Of a stretch of DNA of 9,744 nt, positions 8,205-9,744 are shown one piece after another. Numbering within the stretch: position 1 is the stretch's first letter; every line of letters starts with the position of its first letter. The notes beneath the pieces are model-generated. The model did not search any database and was not told the DNA's origin. It was given only the letters and a program-made list of their open reading frames with translations. This DNA comes from Octopus sinensis (Eukaryota). The stretch lies in contig NW_021827857.1 of assembly GCF_006345805.1 (NCBI RefSeq), forward strand, positions 1 through 9,744. Reading direction: 5' to 3'. Position numbers and translations under genes: made by a program.

Positions 8205-8706
8205 GGTGGGAATTGTGCCGCCGACGGTAGAAGTAACTACCTTATCCCCGGAGGAACGCGAATTATTGGTCTTATTCTACAGAGGTGGAGAAGGTGTTGG
8301 AAAAGCACCATAAGGGAGTACCTTTAGCCTGCACACAGGATCAGAGATGGCCTCCGCAGATAGCTGTGGAGGTCATAATGTTGCCCGTTTTGCGTAGGCT
8401 GGAGGGACTCAATGAGGAATATTGCTTGTGGCCGTGCGACGCCGACACGGCACCCGCTTTGTACTTAAATGAGGCGTGGTTGATGGCGGAGGATCAGGTC
8501 ACAAGCGATGTTGGGGAGGAATATGGATAAGAGGTTGAAAAGCCTCAGTGTTATTGAAAGTTCCTAGTTAGGGAAAAAGGTAAGAGGCTTAGTGCCTCAT
8601 TTTGTTATTGAATTGTGAACAATGTAAGAGGTTTGTTGCCTCATGAATAATATATGAGTTCAATGTTCTCGGGAAAGAACGATCGGAGGCGTCGCTTTTC
8701 CCCCCA
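8201..8706 (+). other. Unassigned GC-richer segment: orphan open frame (8237-8530) followed by a repeated-hairpin region
   Basis: A stop-free frame of about 97 codons from 8237, three TAAGAGG-N6/7-GCCTCA units at 8528, 8581 and 8625, and inverted repeats at both ends. Origin not recognised. Confidence 0.35.
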
Positions 8707-8809
8707 TTAATCATCATTTTCATTTTTCATTTCAAATAACATTATGTCTGTGTCCAGCTTGCAGCTTCCTTTCTCTATGTAAGGTCATTATGGCTAATAT
8801 AAGGAAATA

Positions 8810-9166
8810 AAGAAGCTTGCTTCCCAGTTATATGGTTCCGGGTTCAGTCCCACTGCATGGCACCTTTGGCCTCGAGCTGACCAAATCCGTGTGAGTGGTT
8901 TTGGTAGACGGAAACTGAAAGAAGCCCGTCGTATATATATATGTATCTGTGTGCATGTGTGTGTGTGTGTTTTGTTCCCCACCATCACTTGATAACCGTT
9001 GTTGGTGTGTTTACGTCCCCATAACTTTGTGGTTCGGCAAAAGAGACCGATAGAATAAGTACTCGGCTTACAAAGAATTAGATCTAGGGTAGATTTGTTC
9101 GACTAAAGGTGGTACTCAAGTATAGCCACAGTCAAATGACTGAAACAAGTAAAAGAATAAAAGAAT
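8810..9166 (+). mobile_element. tRNA-derived SINE, family A, copy 2
   Basis: B-box-like GGTTCAGTCCC at 8841-8851. Colinear with the reverse complement of 2377-2775 apart from a deletion of about 20 nt near 8868. Internal (TA)(TG) tract at 8932-8970. Ends AAAAGAATAAAAGAATA. Confidence 0.88.
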
Positions 9167-9622
9167 ATATATATATGCACACACACAACACACACTCAGA
9201 CACAAACACACACACACGCACACACACATACATACACACATACATATATACATACATACACACATACATACATACATACATACATACATACACACATACA
9301 CACATACATACATACATACATACATGCATACATACACACATACACACATACATACACACATACATACACACAACATACATACATACACACATACACACAT
9401 ACATACATACATACATACATACACACATACATACATACATACATACATACATACATACACACATACACACATACATACATACATGCATACATACATACAT
9501 ACATACATACATACATACATACACACATACACACATACATACACACACATACATACATACATACATACATACATACATACATACATACATACATACATAC
9601 ATACATGCATATATACATACAT
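9167..9622. repeat. Long compound (TA)n-(CA)n-(CATA)n microsatellite
   Basis: About 455 nt. Source of the YVCM/HTYI ORFs in the track. Confidence 0.97.
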
Positions 9623-9744
9623 AAAACATGCACTATGTGTATCGAGCGAAAGAAACATAAACAAGACAGGTAATACTATTTTTTTTGCTATGGCTGCCGT
9701 CTGACGACACATACAGTGAGGAGCGACTCGTGAGTAAAGGATGA

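Noticed and set aside
8341-8420. Minus-strand SPSSLRKTG...GGH resembling a tyrosine-recombinase HxLR motif
   Set aside because: The catalytic His is absent, the spacing to GH is too short, and the frame is bounded by stops.
8283-8579. Possible exon between ttctacAG (8282) and aag/GTAAGA (8580)
   Set aside because: Stops occur in all three frames before the donor.
8528-8643. CRISPR-like array (palindromic repeats, first unit ending ATTGAAAG)
   Set aside because: Only three divergent units, spacers of about 20 nt or less and unequal, no cas genes, and a eukaryotic context.

Overview
Repeat-dense, AT-rich eukaryotic non-coding DNA (intronic or intergenic). The SINE families and microsatellite load look like a coleoid cephalopod (Octopus-type) genome. 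That assignment comes from my recollection of these repeats, not from a search. I found no intact host gene. Almost every ORF in the supplied track is a translated microsatellite, and the real protein-coding relics are frameshifted, so the track largely misses them. Manual translation shows two decayed 3' ends of restriction-like-endonuclease (RLE) non-LTR retrotransposons (1872-2160 +, 3472-3833 -), a decayed Tc1-type transposase (6284-6715 +) and a probable mariner right end (8101-8204 -). There are four tRNA-type SINE copies from two families: family A at 2377-2775 (-) and 8810-9166 (+), and family B as a head-to-tail pair at 2935-3385 (+). The clearest structure is a nested chain at 2887-3856, where a Dong/R4-like LINE has (TAA)n on both sides and sits in a SINE's (ATT)n tail. 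The least explained part is about 500 bp at 8201-8706: an orphan ORF followed by three repeated hairpin units. Nothing here can be called a new biological system from sequence alone.
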